Notes: generated by a model from the letters alone, not told the origin. Positions 1-13,300 are shown, counted from the first letter of the stretch. The stretch is 64,000 nucleotides of DNA from Auanema rhodensis (GCA_964057225.1 OZ059894.1:10850001-10914000), one strand, 5' to 3'. Translations and numbers: made by a program.

Positions 1-351
1 GTATAAATCCACAAAATGTTGTTGAATATCTTAATAATGGTCAATATAAGAATTGTATGTATAACCAATGCTCATCAGGTTATAACTGTGAATATAGTCA
101 GCTAGCTCAGCAATATATTTGCTGCGGTTTTGGTCCTGGCTCAACCAGACAGTATGATGATTCATTAGGTAATTTTATTGAAACTTATGAAAACAATATA
201 AAAACTTAAAGGAAGAGTTCGATTATATCCAAGAACAACAATGCCATTGCAATGCAGCACAAAGAAAGGATGTATGTTTGATGATACTCCAAACTGTGTA
301 TATTCATCAAGATATGGACATTATGTTTGTTGTACAACTTTTAATTGTTAA
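1..351 (+). CDS. 3' end (last two exons) of a cysteine-rich, lustrin/WR1-repeat-like protein; 5' part lies outside the window
   Basis: Frame from nt 3 reads INPQNVVEYLNNGQYKNCMYNQCSSGYNCEYSQLAQQYICCG...; intron 169-211; then RVRLYPRTTMPLQCSTKKGCMFDDTPNCVYSSRYGHYVCCTTFNC* (TAA 349-351). The C-x-C-x-C...CC spacing is typical of nematode Cys-rich modules. Confidence 0.7.
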
Positions 352-489
352 TTTTATACAAAAATTATGAATTTTGAGGAAATTGTTTTGAAACAAAAAA
401 GAATTCAAATATAGAGTTTGTTGTCTGTTTTCTATCTGAAATATAAAAAATGTATTTAATGATGATGATGATGGCGTTTCTTTACATCT

Positions 490-770
490 TTATCCGGAAG
501 TATAAGTGTTATAACCGTTGTAATTATATCCATAACCGTTATATCCATTTGTATTATAACCATATTGACTATTGTAGTTATTATATCCATTATAGCCATT
601 ATTATATCCATTATATCCATTGTTTGTATAGCCTGATGTTCCTGAAAATAAATAAGAAAATTGAAATGCTAATCAAATACCATACCACATCCAGATTCAG
701 TAGTTATTGTAGGCAAGAAGAAAGCACAAGTGCTCATGATTACCATTAGGAAAACGAAAAGAAAACGCAT
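490..770 (-). CDS. Small secreted Gly/Tyr/Asn-rich peptide (2 exons)
   Basis: MRFLFVFLMVIMSTCAFFLPTITTESGCG | TSGYTNNGYNGYNNGYNGYNNYNSQYGYNTNGYNGYGYNYNGYNTYTSG*. Hydrophobic signal peptide, GT..TTTTCAG intron at about 642-685, NGY repeats. Confidence 0.8.
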
Positions 771-1808
771 GATTATCATAACAATTGAAGAAAATCTGTT
801 ATCTACTTCTCCTGTTTTTCAGGGGTTTTATATAGCCAAATCTTTGATTAGTTTGAACTTGTATATTAGCTAAATTTTGACTGATTTGTTTATTAGGAAA
901 CTTAATTCTTTCATTTGTGATGATTAAAAAATTATGAAACATAGAAAACATGGGTTAATTTCAACTATATGCTTCATTTCAGGTGGTAATATACAATAAT
1001 GTTTATAATTTTTAATGTTCGACCTCTGTAGTACTAGATACCTATGTAGATTGCCAAACGTTTCGTCCAATTTGTAGTGCAAGTCACCTTTGATTAATAT
1101 CCCTTAAAAGAGAAAATAACAAAAAAATAACTTTTACAAAGTGTTAAAATATATTTAACTGATATATACATATATATCTAAACTATATTGATTTAATTTC
1201 AACTTTTTATTATATTTTAAAAAAAAAAATTTAAAAATAAATGAATAGTTTGGTTAATAATTGAAAGTATTTCCATGAGAAACTATATTTTCGTATTTGC
1301 AAAACTAGTATTTGCAACAATATATCGTTGTATAAATAGTTCGTATGAATCTTATGTTAAAGTTTTTTTTGGTTAATGTTTCAACCTTAGTGCTTAATTT
1401 TGACCGTTAATTCCGATTCCGTTTTTGTTTTTTTTTTCGGTCTTTACATTTTAATAAAATAATTCTGAAAAATAGTTAAATATACATCTGTTTCCCACAT
1501 CAATTCAAGTTTTTGCTGTCTTAAACCATGTAATGAATTTTCAATCTCAAATTATTTTCTAATATCTGTAATCTAAAAAACAAAATAAAAAATAATTTTT
1601 TAATCATTTTAAGTGAACTTTTGATTTTTTATAATTTTTACTTATTCTGATTATTAAATATTAGATTTATATATTTATTTCAATGTTATTGATATATTTA
1701 AAATTAATTAAATTGAAAAATATTTATTATACATATATATAAGATATTTCAGAATAAAACATATATTTCCAATTAGATAGCTCAAGAAGAATGGGAAAGA
1801 AGTATTGA

Positions 1809-2080
1809 TTACTTTCCATACCAACCTGGAAAAACAATTTAATGAAAAAGTTATTCGTTTTTCATCGAAGAATCAAATGATTGTTCATGCTCATACCTCT
1901 GTATCCGCCTCCCCAAGGACGTCCATATCCATATCTTCCATAACCTCCATATCCTCCGCCATATGGACTATACATTCCGTATGGGCGCATCATGCCATAG
2001 CCCCCACCAAATGGCATTCCCCACTGAGCAGAAACAGAAGCAATAAAGACAAAAGCAAATAGTATTTTGATTAAAATCAT
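1809..2080 (-). CDS. NLP-29-family-like Gly/Tyr-rich antimicrobial peptide precursor (2 exons)
   Basis: MILIKILFAFVFIASVSA-QWGMPFGGGYGMMRPYGMYSPYGGGYGGYGRYGYGRPWGGGYRG|WYGK*. Intron 1826-1896 (GTATGA..TTCCAG). Mature peptide starts QWG, has YGGYG motifs and ends in a GK amidation signal. TATATAAA at about 2184-2191. Confidence 0.88.
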
Positions 2081-2814
2081 TCTGAAAATATATTTTTGAA
2101 CAATTGAAAAAGAAAAAAAAAACGTAACGATGACTATTAAGGAGATTTGGAAACAAAAATTAATATTTCTTTCTTTGTTGCTCTTTATATAACACCTCTC
2201 ATGTGATGTTGTTAGACGAATTGTTCTTACGATATATATAATCATATGATTCTCAATCATCTATCAAATTATTCTTTTAAATAGTAATTTGGCATGTTGA
2301 GAACATTAAGTAATGACCTATCTATGTACACTACTGTTCGTAAAACTTGAGACACCTTGATTGCCATATTTCTCTTTTTTGTTTGCCTAACTAAAATTTT
2401 AAAATGCTTAGTTATAAACAACATATTATAATTGTTTAATTCAAAAATAATAAAACAAACAAACTTATAATATTTGATCATTTGGTATTTGTTTTTATTG
2501 TAGGTTTTAGCCTATCTTTAACCTTATATCATATATTATAATTTGAAGTTATAACATAAATAATTTTAAAAAATTATATGAAAATACCTGTAGTTTAGAC
2601 AAAGAACTTCTTATCGATTTATTCTAATGAAACGTATTTTCAACGATATTTATTCATTCCAAGGAACTATTTTTTCAAAAGTTTCAGCAAATCCTTACAT
2701 CTGAATTTCTGAAACAGTACCCTGAGCCTCCATGAAACACCCTGATTTTCCAAAAACTCTAGGCAGTGGATACGCCTAAGCCTATGTCTACATATGTTAC
2801 ATCAGTACTACATA

Positions 2815-3735
2815 CAATACCGGACAAAAAGGTATAGCCTTTTCGAAAAATGTGTTTTTTTCTAAAAATTTAATTCTAACAAAATTGAAAAAAAAAACTA
2901 GATAATGTATAATCTTCAAAAAAAAGAATATATAAGAATGATTATCACTTTTAGCATTTTAAAAACACTTTCTTTTAATTTTTTAAACCATTCATTGATT
3001 AAAAGCTGTTACATCTAATGTTAGATACATATCAAATACTATTTCTATTTCTTTTTTTCCACTGTTCTCGTCTCCAATTTAGATGTTCAGGAGCTCAAAG
3101 CACACGGGCTTCATAATTCTTCGCAGATATAAGCGGTTTCTTCACTGGTCGTCTTCCGTTCAGTCCAGAAGCACAAAGACGTCTACGCATAGTCCTAACT
3201 GACGGTCGTTGGTTTTCTGGAAGTTGGAGATCCAGCTGAATCTGAGTTGCATCTTTTCTTGGGTCATTCTTTCTTGGGCTTTTTTTCTTTATACTTCTTG
3301 GACTCCACCTCTTCAATAAGTAGGTTTTTCTACTGATACCAAACTGAGTTGGCAGTTCCTGCTGTGTCATGCCCTGACTTGTCCCTCTAATTATCGTATG
3401 TTGAGCTTCTTCGGACAGATTTTTCGTTCATCTTATTCTTGCTAAGAAGAATAAAAATTGTCAAATTTCAAAGATTATAAAAAACTTTGATAAAGACTTT
3501 AAAAAATTGATAAAGAAAACCAAAACTTATAAGTAATTAAAATGTGTTTTTAGCGTGTTTTTAGCGTATTTTCAGTTTTTATTCAATATGTCAAACCTTT
3601 CTGAAAATAATAATTTTTCATGTTTTTATAATTAAGACCTTCATATTTATCTAAAGTATAATTAGTTTTGGTAATGATCCAAGAAAGTTATATCAACTAT
3701 TTACTCAAAAGACTATTTCTTTTTGTCCGCTACTA
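2815..3735 (-). mobile_element. Internally deleted, degenerate Tc1-family element (921 bp), relative of the intact element at 60598-62232
   Basis: Diverged TIRs (caataccggacaaaaaggtatagccttt / gactatttctttttgtccgctacta) flanked by TA. Residual ORF 3095-3370 (QFGISRK..PRKDATQI..DLQLPENQRPSVRT.RRRLCASGLNGRRPVKKPLISAKN) matches the N-terminal half of the 60895-61926 transposase; the DDE domain is absent. Confidence 0.92.
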
Positions 3736-3998
3736 TACATGTACTACGTACATGTTCTGTATATGTTTGACTTACATCAATTCATTAAACTCGCTTTCTT
3801 AGAATGAAAGGTACTTCATGGTATGAAACCGATAAGAGCTGACAAACATGATTTTTTCTCTTCTATTTTCTATTTTTATTATTTTTTTCAATTCATTATC
3901 ATATAGTAAATCTATTCCTTTGTAAAATAAGATTTAAAAAAGTTTAAATTAAGTATTTATTATGTTTTGATAACATTGTTATTTACATATGATATTGT

Positions 3999-4357
3999 TT
4001 AACCGAGCAGAGCAGGAATTAGTCCTGGGCGTCCTACAAAGAAAATAATTTTATTATTTTTTAATATTTGTTATAATAATTACCGTATCCATATCCACCA
4101 CCATATCCACCACCATATCCACCGGGATATCCACCATATGGTCTACCGTATCCTCCATAAGGGCCACGTCCATATCCGTATCCACCTCCGTGTCCATAAC
4201 CATATCCAGGTCCTAAATTTTTTTATTTTATTAAATGAAAGTCTATATTTTCTTTTAGTGGATTTGAGTTTGTATATTCTAAAAACATACCACCACCATA
4301 GAATTGGGCGGCGGCTACAGCAAGAATAGCGGCTACGAGGATAAGACGGAAGATCAT
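3999..4357 (-). CDS. Caenacin (CNC)-like Gly/Tyr-rich antimicrobial peptide precursor (3 exons)
   Basis: MIFRLILVAAILAVAAA-QFYGGG|PGYGYGHGGGYGYGRGPYGGYGRPYGGYPGGYGGGYGGGYGYG|RPGLIPALLG*. Introns 4213-4290 and 4034-4083. The RPGL-hydrophobic-G C-terminus resembles caenacins. TATAAAA at about 4524-4530. Confidence 0.85.
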
Positions 4358-5522
4358 TCTGTAAGCAAAGTCAAGATTCAGAATCTATAATCTTAGGAAT
4401 CAAAGAATATAAAAAACAAAATTGCATATATAAGATATTAGAATAGAATTGTGACGAAAACTCTTGGGCTCGGTTGGTAGCTGAATTAACTCCTTGGTCT
4501 TGTCATCTACCTTTGGGAGACCATTTTATAGGCTTGAACCAGACTAAACCAGCTTTTCTCCTCCTTCTTTTCTTCCTATCACTATGAAAATATTGTAACA
4601 CTGTCTCTAGGCATGAGAGAAAAGCAAAATTTCGGGTCTTATGCTGTCTCCCACCTCAACTATCTCTTTCTCTTTTTATCATTTCCATCTTTTTTTTTCT
4701 TTTTCAATCTCTGAAACGAAGACAATATTTAGATCATCTTTCATTTTAATTGTCTATTATTGTACATTTTTCATACTTGTTCTTTTCTTTTTTTTCCTCT
4801 ATATCATAATTCCAGTCGATGTGTTAAGTAATGAAGCGCACAAACAGCGAGGTTGGCCAGTCTTTGTCAATGATAGTAATATGACTTTGCTACTCTATAC
4901 ATCACGCACGCTGCCACACCTTGACTTGAGAAGAAGAATGGGCAACCGACGTCATCGACCCGGTGTATTCGAAGTGATGAACGGATGATATATGACGTGA
5001 TATATGACGTGATCTAAGTCAAGCGACACACATAGTTATAAGGAAAACGTCGTCGAGAATCAATTTTCATAACCTTGAATGAAGAAAGCAGATTGTTGGA
5101 CATTTTTTGAACTTTCTTCGTCAACAAAATAATTTCACGAACAAACCGTTAGATCCAATTATGGCTTTCTCACAATATTAATTTATATTCGACTTTATTT
5201 CATATAGAACAAAGTTTTTTATATTGACTAGGTCAAAATCAAAAGTTTTCAATGCATATTACAACATTTCTCATTTTTTAAATTAAAATTTATTATTTTT
5301 GGGATGATGAATGATGTCTATGTATGTATTGTCTTTGTATTCATGTATATGAAAGCAAGTACGATATTCTCTTATGCACAATAGAAAAATTTTATTTTAT
5401 TATTAAATTACAAATTACATTTTCAATTTTGATCACGTATATCTTCACGTGAGAGTCTTCACACGTATAAACTGCTACTCAATGCTATTAGTGTACAGAT
5501 ATAGGAGATGATATCATATCCT

Positions 5523-6649
5523 TTATCGAATAAGCTTTGTACTGTCTTTGCAATATCCCACACAACTGTAGAAAGATGGGAAATTATTATAATTTCCACT
5601 AGCTCCATAATAACTAAATCTATCGCAAGCTTGAGTTTCATGGTTCCATGAAAACCTAAAAGAAAATTACTTCCTTTATATGTTACCTTCAATATCTTTA
5701 AACTGACCTTGGGCGATCTTCAATTCCTGCTTGGAAATGACCGTTGTCATATCGTAATGAGCATAAATAATCTAAATATAGTGAAAATACTAAACAGTTG
5801 CATCCTATTATATAAACCTTTTGTTGGACAACAAACTCCGTTCACGCAATTGTGGAAATTTGGGCAGGCAGGAGAACATTTCTCAAATTTACCGTTTGGA
5901 ACCAAAAATTCACCTCCGCATTCCGTTGCTCAAATAAAATAATGTGATCATGTTTAGATGTTTGTTTTCTTTTATTTTTATGTTTTTTCAAACTACTTTT
6001 AAAAAAATCGAAATGTCTGTGAACTGACTCATGCAATACTCTATGATCTATATTTCCTATTCAGTAGAACCTGTTGTAAAGATCGAAAAGAAACAAAGAA
6101 TCATATGGACGTTTTAGCAACGCATTTTCAGATTGAAATATTAATATTAATGAACAAAAAACTTTCTTCTTCTTCCATATTTTGAACTTAAATCATTATA
6201 TTGTGTTTAAACTTTGATTACCTTTTCTCCATTGATCATGACTGTTGCCACGAGGAACAAATGCATCAACTTCAGAACTATTAGAACTTGCGGTTTGTGT
6301 TTTATGACCACCGGATATGCATTTTTCCTGAGAAATATAAAGATATTTTCATAATGATTATAGTTAATTACCTTGCATTCCTCCATTGTTTTAAAATTAT
6401 TGCCATTACCTCCACATCCTTTATATTGAAAAGGTTGACATTCTTTAATTTTAAAATTAAAACTTTAAATATTTTTTAAAATAATTGAATAGTAATAATC
6501 TTCAATCAAAAGTACTTACTGTATTTTACATCAAAGTAATAACGCTTTTCACCAGCTTCAGCACAGACATTACCCAAATGTTTTGGAGCGGAACAATCCG
6601 AAAGAACAACAGTAACAAGAATGGAAAATAATATTATATGTGAAATCAT
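5523..6649 (-). CDS. Secreted Kunitz/BPTI protein: Kunitz - Cys-rich linker - 4-Cys Kunitz
   Basis: MISHIILFSILVTVVLSDCSAPKHLGNVCAEAGEKRYYFDVKY|KCQPFQYKGCGGNGNNFKTMEECK|EKC...|ECGGEFLVPNGKFEKCSPACPNFHNCVNGVCCPTK|DYLCSLRYDNG...|FSWNHETQACDRFSYYGASGNNNNFPSFYSCVGYCKDSTKLIR*. Contains the F-x-Y-x-GC-x-GN-x-NNF Kunitz signature. Confidence 0.88.
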
Positions 6650-8183
6650 CTGAAATATATAAAGTTTAAGAGGTTAATGAACTAAATTTATATGATTATA
6701 AGATATAAGAATAAATATAAGAAAAGTTAATAAATTACAAAGATAATTAGAAATCACAAAGATAATAAAGTCCTGTTATTGAAGTTCATGATATTTAAAG
6801 TTTCAAATCAAATTCAATTAGTACTTCATCATAAGTTATTTAATGAAATAATTTCTTCAATAAATATATAATAGATTATATATATATATATATATGTGAT
6901 GTGATAAATTATAGAATTACAAAGATGGTGTAGACAATTTTCTTCTACAGATGGAATGCCTGAAACTTGGAGTTTTTCATCGATTTATCATCAATGATAT
7001 GGATTGAAATATTTACTAAAGATACATTTATTTTTTTTTTGGAAACAAGAACCTTTTGATGAAGTTGATGCTTGATAGCAAAATCAATTAAGAGGTTTTT
7101 CATTATATTATTTATAACAGCAAACGATTCGAATATCGTTTTTTCGGTTAAAACGAGAAATCGATAAGAAAGGCTAAAACAATGCGTGAAGTTCTATATA
7201 CAACGAAATATGTTTTTCAAGTTCAAAAAATTTGTTATTTTAATTTTTCAAAAAATAATATTGAGATTACAGAAGATTTTTAGCATTTATTACTGGTACA
7301 GAAAATCAGAACAGTTTTACATTGAATTCTAGGCAAACAGAAAAAATGGGACAAAAATGACGAAAATCGAGGCATTAAGTACTCGGAGTAAGACAGTTTG
7401 TTTATTTGTTTGTTACGTCATTTTGTACAATAATAACAAGCTTTCAATGAATGTAATGCTTCTTTTCTAGGTTTTCAAAGAAGATGGCTGTTTTGCCATA
7501 TAATATTAGTAAAAAGTTAAAACGACACATACACACATACACGCAGCTCTCTCTCTCTTTCTTTAGACACACATAGTATGTTGAAAAATGCGCTTCCAAC
7601 ATGTATATCAGAAGAAGAAAGATGAGGAATGATTACGAAAAGACTTGGCGATTGGAGTATAAGACTACTGATATGTTGATATACTTTCTAAAGAATTTTA
7701 AACTACTCCCACTCGAACACTAAAATTACAAAATCTTTCAGCAAATCCGTTGAGCACACTTTCCTATTTGCTCAAATTCTCAGGATATCATTGTGAATCT
7801 GTTTCTATGCAGGTCATAGTGCGCTTCTTATGTCCGCCAGAAGGAACGGAACTGAATTGAACCTGTCTATCAAGGAATACGCTGGCATTTCCTGACTCTT
7901 TTAATATCTTTTCGTTTTCTTTCATATATATTTCTTATAATATTTGCTCGACCGGAGTGCCAATTTGCAAGCTACTGTTTGAAGACAAACAACTTCTTCC
8001 AAACAACTTTCTGTGCTTAAATACTGCTCCTCATCACCTCATTTGGAGACTTCCTGCCCACGAAATTTCAGATTAGCAGCAAAGTGTTAAACACTCTTGT
8101 TAAAATTAAATTTACTTGAACATTACCTTCATAAATATATTAGTTATTACCAAGAATACCTTAACTATATAATCTATTATAGA

Positions 8184-9188
8184 ATGGCTGGTTTATTTGT
8201 CTTTTCCTTAATCTGTCTTGTCCAATTGGTAATCTGCCAACCTCTTAATACTACAACTTCATATGAGAAAGACTGTTCTCTTCCTCGGTTACGTGGTGAT
8301 TTCTGTCAAAATCCTCAAACACAAATGTTTTTCTATTCTCAGCAAGGTATTGTTTAAGAAAGAAAAATTTGAACTAGAGATCATTTTTAGGAACCTGTCA
8401 GCCTTTCATGTATAACGGATGTAATGGAAATGGAAATCGTTTTAGTACACTAAATGAATGCCAAGAACATTGCATTCGTGGGCCTGGGTCTCAAAAGTTA
8501 CAGAATTCTCCTATAACTAGTGAATCAAGCTTGATGAAAGGTATATTTGTAATTCTGAATCAATGTTAACCTTCGTATAGATGCTTGTGCATCTGATTAT
8601 GACACTGATCATCTTACACCTCAAAGATGTAGCAATGCTGATCAATGTGGAAATGGACACTTATGTTCAAACGGATTCTGTTGTCCAACTGCTGGTATAA
8701 TACCAAATTCTAATGTTTGCGGAATAAAAACATTTCAGAACATATCTGCAACTTAAACTATGACTCTGGGAAATTCTCTGTAGGAGGTGTGAAAAGCGAT
8801 AAGTACTTCTGGAATCAAGAATTCAACGTCTGTATGAGGTGAACAGAAAAGAGAAACGTCTTTATTTCAAATTAACATAGTAATGTCAATCATATACAGC
8901 AGTTTCATTTGAGAACATTTATAACAAAAGAAAAAAAAGTGAAAAAACAGGTTAATTCAATCGTTAGTATCAATGTCTGTAATGCCGTGATGATCAAAAG
9001 CTAGACAACAAAAGTTCATGATTTAACAAGAAACATGCCAAAAGAAAACTTGTTATTATATTCAAATTTAAAAAAAATATTTATACGCATAATAAACTTA
9101 CTTCAGGTTTTCATTCTATGGAACTCTTGGAAATGCTAACAACTTTCCCAATTATAATAGTTGTATGAAAGTTTGTGGAAACCACTAA
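8184..9188 (+). CDS. Secreted Kunitz/BPTI protein, paralog of 5523-6649 with the same architecture
   Basis: MAGLFVFSLICLVQLVICQ..DCSLPRLRGDFCQNPQTQMFFYSQQG|TCQPFMYNGCNGNGNRFSTLNECQEHC..|..CSNADQCGNGHLCSNGFCCPTA|EHICNLNYDSGKF..|FSFYGTLGNANNFPNYNSCMKVCGNH*. Confidence 0.9.
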
Positions 9189-10363
9189 AAACCTCAGTAA
9201 GCTTTAAGAAATCTCATGCTTCTTCAACATCATGATGGAAAATTTCATTATATTATATGTAAATATGTTGTTTACCTTATTCTGTAGCATAATCGTGAAA
9301 AGAGTTTATCAATAGTATTATCATATGGAATACAAGTAGATTAATACAATTTTTTTCTGTTTTTCTCTTCACATTTCATTAATTCTCGGGTATTTCCAGT
9401 TTTTTCGCTTATTGTTTTAAAAACCTACCAACTTCCTTCATGAGCATTTCTACAATTCATTATTGATACACAATCAAACTTCAAAACACTTGTAATTGCA
9501 TTTAGTTAGAATGAGACAAATAAAAAAAGAGATTTTTGTTTGTTCTAAAGAAATAAAACAGTTTTGAGAAGAAAGGTTTTCATCCTTGCAACTTGAGCAT
9601 TGACAACTAGCTTTCACCCCCCACGTGAATTCCGGTTCGTTGTTTAATAGAACATCAAGCGTAAACATATAACGTTTGTCAGCGTCAATCACTTGACATT
9701 AGGAGAAGATACTTAGCTCCTCTGCATATACCAAAATTCCTCATAAGGAATAAATTGATAATCATAAGGTACATTGAAATATATTTTTGAAAACATAATT
9801 AATCTAATAGATTAATAAAAAAATTTTTTTCTTATAATAACTATAAAACTATTAATTAATATACAAATATTAAATAATAAGAGGAAAAGCTCGAATAAAA
9901 TTTAATTAAATAGACATATTGATTAAAAAAGATTATAGATTAAAGTATGAATTTATCATAGTACGGTTATTTAGAAATGAAAACAAAAATATATAGATAA
10001 ACAAGATTAAACTATAAATTGTAGAGACCTGTGTTCATTTCTTAGGAAAACATATTTTATCGTCTAATTTATATACTGATAACGTCAAGAGCATGACATG
10101 TTGTTCATTTCCATTATAAGAAATTTCAGAAAAAGGTATTTTCTAACTGTATAAAATCCTTTATCTTAAAACTTAAAAGTTGTTTCTTGATTATTCTTTA
10201 TAATACGCTTCAAACCTGACGATTAATTGTAGGTTCTTTGGTTTTTTCTTTAATTTCTTCAAACAATTTACTTACATTAATGTATTTCCGTATATGAGCT
10301 TCTTTTCTTATTTTTAAGTTTAGTTTCCATATTCAGAAGGTAAGTCTAGCTCCTGTTAACGGC

Positions 10364-13300
10364 ATGGTTTGCTGCTTATATTGGCTGCTTATTATACCTG
10401 TTTATTATATATTGAGGTTTTTATTACATTTATATTTAATCAATATTATATAATATTTGAGATTCCTGTGGGAATTAGTGCCCATTACTGATTTAAAATC
10501 AAAAGCAGTCTTCATTACCGGATGTGATTCGGGATTTGGACGAGCTTTAGCATTAAAATGTGCCAAACAGGGTTTCACAGTATTTGCTGCATGTTTTTCC
10601 TCAAAGGTACCGGTTATTAACATTTTGAAACTTTTAGATTTTGTGTAAATTGCAGGGAGAGGAATCTTTAAAAGATGAATATCCAGAAAAGAATTTAATA
10701 ACCTTACCATTAGATGTAAGTAAAGATGATAGCGTGAAAGCTGCAAAAGACTTTGTTATTGCTAACCTACCGTCAGGAATAAGTAAGCTATTTTACTATT
10801 TTTGTGTATAGATTGAACTTTATTTCAAATCTGAAACCATTAATTATAATTATTTCGTGAACGGAATTCATTAATTTCACTTTTGTGCCTTCATATCCTT
10901 TTGTTACCCTTTTATAGAGCTTTGGGGAATCGTTAATAATGCGGGAGTTTTCTCTTGCTATGGACCGGATGATTGGCTACAGATTAGTGATTATCAGGAC
11001 TCTCTTGATGTCAATACTCTTGGAGTGATTCGTGTAACTCAGGTACGCTTTTCAGGATTAGAAGATTGTTTTCATTGATTTTTATTATTAAAAAGCGAAA
11101 AGTATAATTGAAATTGAACAATGGGGGCCTAATAATTTTTTTTTTTAATTGAAATTGAAATTTTAAAAAAATAGCAGGAAATCATTCTTGTTTAACTGTG
11201 TCATTATAAAATAGAACTAAAGGAATCTTTCAATGATTAAATTATTACTATGTTAGTTAATATTCCCTTTTTATTCCCAATTCTCATATAATATTCGCAC
11301 GTAGATTATCTGATTCCGATTAAGTGTTCTCATTCACCTGGTTTTTAAAATTGTCATTTCTTAGATCATCAGAATTGATTTAGTTTTAAAAAATTTATTA
11401 ATACTCTACGTAAACTATAAAGATAGATCTAGAATAAGTCCCAATTTTAGTTTATATACCTTTATCTTATATGACGAGACAACAAGCGTAAGCAGAAAAA
11501 TGCCCTTTCAAAGAATATAGTTGGCAATTGAGCACTAGCTGGATTACCACCAAGGTTGTTCCGCTTTCCGATGAAGTTCAAACATTGGACAAGTCCCTCA
11601 ATAGAGTGAACTGAAAGTACATGCTGTCAAGTATGGCATAAAATCAGCAAAGTAAAAATAGAAAGCAAGAAATGTTCAACTGCAGCTTACACCAGAGTGC
11701 AAACTGAATTATGAAAGAAATTCGCATTGTTTGTGCTGAAAATTACGAGATGAAAAGATTTATCAAGATAATCTGTTTTAAACTTTTAAATGCATATTGC
11801 CTGGTTACCATCTGATGATCCTATGATTACAGATTATTTTACTATTATTACTTTTATTCCTTAAAAATGTGGTTCTGAGTTTTATAAGTAATCTTTGTCA
11901 CATAAGTTGTCTCATATAAAAGTTATAAGATGTGCTATATTATTGATAACGCTATTATTGAGATACACTATTTTATATTTCCTTTTATGCTGAGAGAAGA
12001 GCAATAATGAAGAATTGCAAAGAAAATAATAACTTTGTACTATTTCAAATATAATCATCCGTATTTCAGGCGTTCAAATCGTTAATAAAAAATTCTGAGG
12101 GTCGTATTGTTACTGTCACATCGGTTAACGGAAGAATTTCTAGTCCTGCTGCTGGTCCATATGTTGTTGCTAAGTATGGTACCGAGGCATATATGGATGC
12201 ACTCAGGTTTTGTTTCCATATTTTTCAGTTTTTACTCTCATGCTGTAGACAAGAACTCTACAACTGGAATGTAAAATGTAGTATATTGGAGCCTGGAGTA
12301 TTTCGTACTCCTCTGTTAGATGAGACAGCTATGCTAGCTCGTGTAGATAAAGTATGAAATTTATTATATTGCTAGGCGATTAAACACGTTTTATAGGTTT
12401 GGGCTAAAGTTCACCAAGATACTCGAGAGGAATATGGGGAAAAATTCAAGAACTATTGCAAGTTTCCTAACATTTGGACATGAATTTGTTTGTTACTTCA
12501 GTTGGCCGAAAATGGAACGAAACATATTTGTCAATGAGTTCTAGCAACATTAATCTAGTTGTGGACAACTATTATCATGCTTTAACTGGCAGATTTCCAC
12601 GACATCGGTAGGCTGCATAGTATTTTGACTGCAATCCGAAGATGCGAATGAGTGTTTACAAAGAAACTGAATGCTATTTCTTCAGTGTCCTTGTACTTAT
12701 ATAACTTTTATTTTCCCAACTATTTGCAGGAATAGTGAGTGAACTATATAAGAGGCTAGAAAACAATACATGGTTTTGATCATTGGCTCACTTCATGCAA
12801 AATGATCAAATTTCTCTGTACTCGTGTGATAATCAAATACAAAATTTAGTTGTTTCTTCATGATGTAACATATATCTCAAGATATAATTATTTTTGATTG
12901 CTTCACAAGTCTGTCGGTTTGTTAAGTTCACCGAAATATTTATTTGGTTCTCAGCTATATTGCGTTTTTCGTCGTATTTCTATCAAGGAACCATTAACCC
13001 CTCTCTGTCTCTGCCAGGGCTCCTTAGCTTCTTAAAATATAAAAATTAATTGAAAAGAGGGAGATTAAAGGATACAAAATGTTTAGTTAAATATATGTTA
13101 ATATAAAAGGATCATCGGTTATTTAATTCGGTTTGTTGAATGAATTAGTTTCAGATACTATTGTGGATGGGATTCAATTTTATTCTTTGTTCCCCTTTCA
13201 CTACTCCCTTCTTGGCTGACAGATGCCCTGATTCGTATCATTGCTAAGCAAGAAGTGAGTTTTCATATTATTATGTCATTTTTCCATTATCTTTTTCACC

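Noticed and set aside
450-749. 99-aa His/Tyr/Ile-rich plus-strand ORF (similarly 1805-2062 and 4138-4329)
   Set aside because: These are antisense shadows of the Gly/Tyr-rich peptide genes on the minus strand, which have signal peptides and proper splice sites.
1862-2260. 132-aa ORF as the full peptide gene
   Set aside because: The real start is the ATG at 2080 behind a TTTTCAG acceptor, and the MSMNNHLILR tail is intron read-through; splicing gives WYGK*.
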